DNA from: Parasitella parasitica NRRL 2501
Lineage: Eukaryota > Fungi > Mucoromycota
DNA: 64,000 nt
Assembly (NCBI GenBank): GCA_025201805.1
Contig: MU619239.1
Location: 91,362 to 155,361 of the forward strand
Direction of reading: 5' to 3'
A program made the position numbers and the translations under genes. The notes beneath the pieces were generated by a model. The model had not been told where the DNA came from and ran no database searches. It saw only the letters and a list, made by a program, of their open reading frames with translations. Every line of letters starts with the position of its first letter. Position 1 is the stretch's first letter. This document shows, in pieces, positions 58,173 through 64,000 of this stretch.

Positions 58173-61100
58173 ATGGTTATTAATCAGCAATCAAAGAAAG
58201 AAAACATCACATTTGATACTAATGACGAAAGCAAGAGATATCAGACTGTCCACAATGAAAAGGCAATGAGTCGAGAAACGACGCTTTCAGGCAGTGAATG
58301 TGGAGATGACAAGAGATCGTTACTGCAAAAAGTGCTGATGAGAAAAAGAAACCTCATCCGTCGCAAGTCTAATGGCCATGTGCCATCTATGGAGGGCCCC
58401 CCTTATCATACCATGCAGATTGAAACCGTCGCGCAGCTGATGAAGTCTGACTTACAAGACGGTTTGACTGAAACTGCCGTAAGTGAAAAACACGCAGAGT
58501 TTGGCTACAATGAGATGGAAGGCGACGGCGGCGTCAATCCTGTCAAATTAATGATGAAGCAGTTCTTTAACGTGCTGGTGCTGATTCTGGTGATTGCAAT
58601 GGCGGTTTCGTTTGCCTTCAAGGATTGGATTGAAGGCGGCGTAATCGCTTTTATCATGTTGTTGAATGCTGCTATTGGCTTTATGCAAGAATACAAGGCT
58701 GAAAAGACCATGGACTCTCTGCGTCAGATGGCTTCTCCTACTGCTCAGGTCATCCGTGAGGGCCAGCAAAAGACAGTGGCTACAAAAGAGTTGGTTCCTG
58801 GTGACATTGTTATTCTTAAAAACGGTGATGTTATTGGTGCTGATTGCCGTGTGATCGAGTCGTTCAACATGGACATTGACGAAGCTCTGCTTACTGGTGA
58901 ATCATTGCCTGTCAATAAGATGTGAGTATTTTATCGTGTAATTGGTAGTCAACTGTTGCTAATGTTATCCTATAGTAACGACGTTCTTGACACTGCTGAA
59001 GTTCCCCTAGGCGACCGTGTCAATATGACTTACTCTAGCACTACTCTCTGCAAAGGCCGAGGTAAAGCCATCGTCACATCCATTGGCATGCAGACTGAAA
59101 TCGGCAAGATTGCCAAGCGCTTGCTCGACAGCGGCGATAATACCCGCACTCCTCTCCAAAAGTCCCTGGATCGCATGGCTATTGTCCTTTTGGTTATTGC
59201 CATTATCTCTCTCATTATTGTGTTTGCTGTTGCCAAATTCCAGATCGATGACCAAGTTGTTCTTTATGCTATTTCCACAGCTATTGCCGTCATCCCCGAA
59301 GGTCTGATTGCTGTTGTCACGCTGACGCAAGCATTTGGCGTGAACGCCATGGCCAAAAGCAATGCCCTCGTCCGTCGCTTGGTCGCATTGGAAAACTTGG
59401 GGTCTGTCACCAATATTTGTTCTGATAAAACCGGCACACTGACTCAATCAAAGATGGTGCTGACTCGTTTCTGGAGACCTGATACAGGCTTCTACAGGGT
59501 TTCGGGTCTTGGTTTTGATACCAGCGGTGACGTTACGCCCGAAATCGAGCAGGAAAATGAAGCTGTGACCAAGAGTAATATGAACTATGGCTTACGTCGT
59601 TTGGTCCAATCTGCTGCTTTGTGCAACATGAGTGAAGTACGCCAAAATCATGAAACCCAGGAATTCTATGGCATTGGCGATCCCACTGAAATCGCATTGC
59701 AAGTGTTCTCTCACAAACTCGACATGGGCAAGCCTCTTTTGACTGATACCAACGAAAGCACTGACGGTGGATGGAAGCTTCTTTCTGAATATCCTTTTGA
59801 CTCTTCAATCAAGCGCATGAGTGTCCTTGCCGAGCAAAAAAACGGGGATTTGGTTGGATTTTTGAAGGGCGCCACTGAGCGTGTCCTGGAATGCTGCAGC
59901 AGCATTCAGCTATCTGCTCAGGACGAAATCAAGCAAGTCAGCAAAGATGAGCTTGAAGCTCTTGTTTTACCCAATGTGCAAACTCTGGCCGAAGGTGGTC
60001 TTCGCGTGCTCTCTCTTGCTGCCAAGCGTATTCCTAGAAAGAGCAATGGCGGTGAGGTCACTTTTTCTACTTTTGACCGTGAAGAAATTGAGCAGGACAT
60101 GGTCTTTTTGGGTCTGGTTGGCATCTATGATCCTCCTCGTGCCGAGTCCAAGGATGCTGTTGAAAAGTGCCACAAGGCCGGGATCACTGTCCACATGCTA
60201 ACGGGTGACCATATTGCCACTGCTACTGCCATTGCCCGCGAAGTGAGCATCATCCCCGCTGAAGGCGATGTCAGCGACCTTGTAATGTCTGCTCAAGCCT
60301 TTGATAAACTCTCTGAAGAAACGATCGACCAATTACCCAATCTGCCCCTAGTCATTGCCCGTTGCAGCCCTGATACCAAGGTCAAAATGATCGAGGCTCT
60401 TCATCGTCGTAAGCGTATCAGCGCAATGACAGGCGACGGTGTCAACGATAGTCCTTCTCTAAAGGAGTCTGACATTGGTATCGCCATGGGCCAAGGTGGA
60501 TCTGACGTCGCCAAGCAAGCGTCTGATATCATTTTGGTTGACGATAACTTTGCTACCATTGTTGCCGCCATCCAAGAGGGCCGTCGTGTATTTGCAAATA
60601 TTTCCAAGTTTGTCGTCCACATGGTTTCCGTCAATGTTGCTGAATTAACGCCCTTGCTGCTTTGTTTGGTCTTTAGAGAGGGTAACAACATTGTGTTCCC
60701 TCTTTCTCCCATACAGATTTTGTTCAACAACTTGGTCACAAGCGCTCCTCCTGCTATGGCTTTGGGCCTTGAAAAGGTGCATCCTCAGCAGATGCTTGTC
60801 AGACCTAGGACTAGCAAGGAATCACTCTTTTGCAACCGAAACATTATCGATATCTGCTACTACGGCGTCATGATGGGCTTAATCTGCATGGCCAACTATG
60901 CTATTGTCATTTATGGTTATGGAGACGGCAGTCTTGGTGTCAACTGTAACCTCTCTTTTAATTCCAACGAATTCCGCGATACCTGTGTTGATGTCTATCG
61001 TGCCCGTGGTGCCTTGTTTGTCACGATGACTGTGCTGCTGCTGCTTCATGCTCAAACATGCCGTGATCTTGTCAATCCTACATGGACCTGGAAGAACTTG

Positions 61101-61374
61101 GCTGGCGAGCAAAATTATTACATGTACTATTCATGGGTATTTGGCTTTGGAATCATGTTTATTGTGCTTTATGTGCCAGTGTAAGTTGAAGCTGAATAAA
61201 ACATACATAACCGCCGTGATACTAATAGGTAATTTTAGCGTCAATACCGAAGTGTTCAAGCATCTACCAATTACATGGGAATGGGGCATGGTTGCCGCCT
61301 CTGTAATTGTATATATCATTCTAGCAGAGTCTTATAAACTCTTCAAGCGCAAGTTCTTTGCGATTCGTAAATAA
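58173..61374 (+). CDS. ENA1: ENA-type (P2D) Na+/K+ efflux P-type ATPase
   Basis: QEYKAEKTMDSLR, LTGES, AVIPEGL, LENLGSVTNICSDKTGTLTQ, VHMLTGDH, PLVIARCSPDTKV, FPLSPIQIL; 2 introns. Confidence 0.9.
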
Positions 61375-61895
61375 TCCATTTGTACATCATAAACACATAT
61401 TATTTAACTGCACTCATGTCCGTTGCAATCAAAGTACTCTTTATCCAAGAATAATAAAAAATAAAATCAAAATAATAGTGAAATAGCCTTTTTCACTATA
61501 TAAAAGAAAACATGTAGCTTTCTCGGTCGTATACGGCCATATTTGAATCCTCCAAAGAGCCTCTGCCCAAGCGGATAAAAACAGACAAATACGTTTAATA
61601 TAATGGCTGTGTAACTCTCATGTTTTTATATTCCAAATAAACAAATCAAATCCTCTTTTTCTCTTTTCTTTATTAAAAGGAGAAGACAGAATTCATTATA
61701 CCGTACAGACATACCTTGGACCTAAACCCTAAAGCTGGCCCTTTTTCTTTTATTAAATACTTCCGAATATATTTACATATACCCCTCCTTACTCTCGCTT
61801 TTCCTCTCTCTCTCTCTCTCTCTCAAGTATAATCAATTGATCTTCCAAACACCCACACGCTTCTTTCTTCTTTCGTGTCTGTGAATCGATACGCC

Positions 61896-63952
61896 ATGAC
61901 AACAGATGAACCAGCAGGGAACAAATGCTCACATTGTCAGAAGCCAGCAACATTCATGTGCTCTTCGTGTGGACAAGACGGGCCGAGATACTGTTCAATT
62001 GAGTGCCAAACAGATCACTGGAAAGCCAATCACTATAGATTATGTAAAGCAGCGAGACGAAATAGACAAAGACATGCAGAGGCTGCTGCTGCCGTCGCCG
62101 CCGCCGCCGCCGCGACAGCAGTCAGAAACGATGAAAGATCAAGTATGTATAAAGACTGCAAACATTGGCCATATGTGGATGTGTAAGTTGACAGTCTTTG
62201 CCGATACATAGGCGATATACCCATGGACGATCTCTCCCAAGGCCAAAGTCAGGAAAAGTTGGATGAAGAAAGTGATGGCTTCGACGACAATGCTGAAGAA
62301 CTCAGATTCTATACCCTGCAAATTTACCGCATTATCAAACCAGTGGTTGCTTGTATTGTCTTGAGCATCTTTTGGGTCAAGGTATCGTATTCAGGTTTGA
62401 GCGATTACAGGTAATACTCAAGGTCTGCTAGATTTATGTCAACAAGCTTATTAACCACCACCACCCCCTCCTCCTCCTCCTCCTCCTCCCTTTTTTTTTA
62501 CAGCCCCAATAGGCCGAGCTATGTCAATGTATCGCCTGGGCCGTCCACATCTTCCAGCACAGACGGTTCAACAAGCAGTGGTACATCAATAGCGAATTCA
62601 TTTACAAATGCAGCCATTATTATTGGACAGATCATCGGCGTGACAATATTGATTGTGTTTCTGTTCAAAAAGGGATGGATCAAGGTGTTGATTGGATTTT
62701 TTATGGTGGTCGTGTTGTTATTATTGGGATTTATGACCTATCTACTTTTACTGTAAGTGGTTTAATGGTGTGGCAGCAAAGTGCACGTCCTAATGCCTGT
62801 ATCAAACAGTAATTTGGTTCAAGTATTCTCGATTGCATTGGACTACATCACATTGGTATTTGCATTGTGGAATTTCGCAATGGTAGGTTTAGTGTCTATT
62901 TTCTGGAAAGGGCCGCTTTGGGTGCAGCAATCTTATCTAACGATCATGAGCTCACTGATGGCTTTTTCGTTGACTGGATTGGAACAATGGACCACTTGGA
63001 TCTTATTAGGCCTCCTGGCTATTTGGGGTAAGCGTGACACCATTGGAGGCATATATTAAATACCTATTGACATACCTGGATAAACAAGATCTCATTGCCG
63101 TACTATGCCCGTTTGGGCCGCTTCGTTTGTTAATCGAAAGTTCGAGAAACCAGCAACGAGAAGTACCTGCATTGCTGTACTCGGTGAATGCGGTTTGGTT
63201 CATGATGGCCTCGAATGATCATTTTCGATTGTCAAACAGTATGACCGGCACCGGAGCTAATGAATCTATGCCCAATAATGAAGCTGCTCCGCCGATAGGG
63301 AACAGATCATCTGCACAGCATCGTTCACCTTCCTCTTTTATTCAACAAAATTTCAGGAAAAGCCATGATGGATTTATGCGATTACCTGATGATAGCCATG
63401 TTACCGTGGATAGCAGTGCGAGCAACAGTAGTCCATCTGCAGCTGATATCGCATCGAGCGCTGTAGACGATATGGATCAATCAGGCAACACAGGACAAGA
63501 GGCTAATAATAAAAAGATTGAAGTTGAAAATGACGAAGAAGATGGTAAGCACAGAATGGTTTAAATCCTCAGCCCAACCCTAACCCTATCAATGTGTGTG
63601 TGTGTGTGATTTTTCAATCAAGCTGAAAGAAGTGGGCTTAAACTTGGATTAGGTGATTTTGTATTTTATAGTGTATTGATCGCAAGAGCAGGTAAATGCA
63701 TATCCGTAGATGGGTGTGTCAATGTATTAATATGTTTGGATAGCCATGTATGATTGGATTACCACTGTTTGCTGTACTATTGCAGTGTTGACAGGTTTAA
63801 CAACAACGATATTCCTTTTGGCCATATACAAGAAAGCATTGCCCGCTTTACCAATATCAATTGCATTTGGAATACTGTTTTATTTTGTAGCTAAAACTGT
63901 TCTTGTTCCGTATGTTGGCGCGCTCTGTGTATTTGGCATGGTTGGATTATAA
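61896..63952 (+). CDS. Presenilin (A22A aspartyl protease) with N-terminal MYND zinc finger
   Basis: MYND CSHC..CSSC..YCSIECQTDHWKANHYRLC spliced in frame via intron 62143-62211. Presenilin motifs IIKPV, WNFAMVG, WKGP..QQSYL, AIW|DLIAVLCPFGPLR, KLGLGDFVFYSVL, ALPALPISI. Confidence 0.9.
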
Positions 63953-64000
63953 AAATTTGTATATAAAGATTATACCCCCTTCTACTAATACTCCCTTTTT

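Noticed and set aside
63570-63590. Telomere-like cccaaccctaacccta in a presenilin intron
   Set aside because: Only about 2 units; not significant.

Overview
Intron-rich, gene-dense fungal nuclear DNA. Short GT-AG introns, AT-rich spacers and the gene content point to an early-diverging fungus, most likely Mucorales (inference). About 26 protein genes can be reconstructed by splicing: UGT, two SDRs, RPS18, mS38/COX24, GH47 mannosidase, bL33m, PMR1, LARP1, tetraspanin, DPH7, ETF-beta, FCF2, RraA-like aldolase, a Myb factor, a GPI Ser/Thr-rich protein, MED20, PUS7, uricase, mitochondrial AsnRS, TOM40, RSP5, an ENA ATPase, presenilin and a few unknowns. There are three assembly gaps. The highlights are: (1) a presenilin with an in-frame spliced N-terminal MYND zinc finger; (2) a decayed, intron-containing Fanzor1 (eukaryotic TnpB-like RNA-guided nuclease) hidden in the apparent intergenic region at about 9.2-10.5 kb; (3) a single gene joining UBA, UBX, a BC-box/Cul2-box-like segment and LRRs; (4) a rhomboid-like pseudoprotease fused to an MGAT4/PGAP4-like glycosyltransferase; (5) an animal-type membrane UGT 68 bp from an intronless SDR. 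All calls come from manual reading and motif recognition; no database searches were run.
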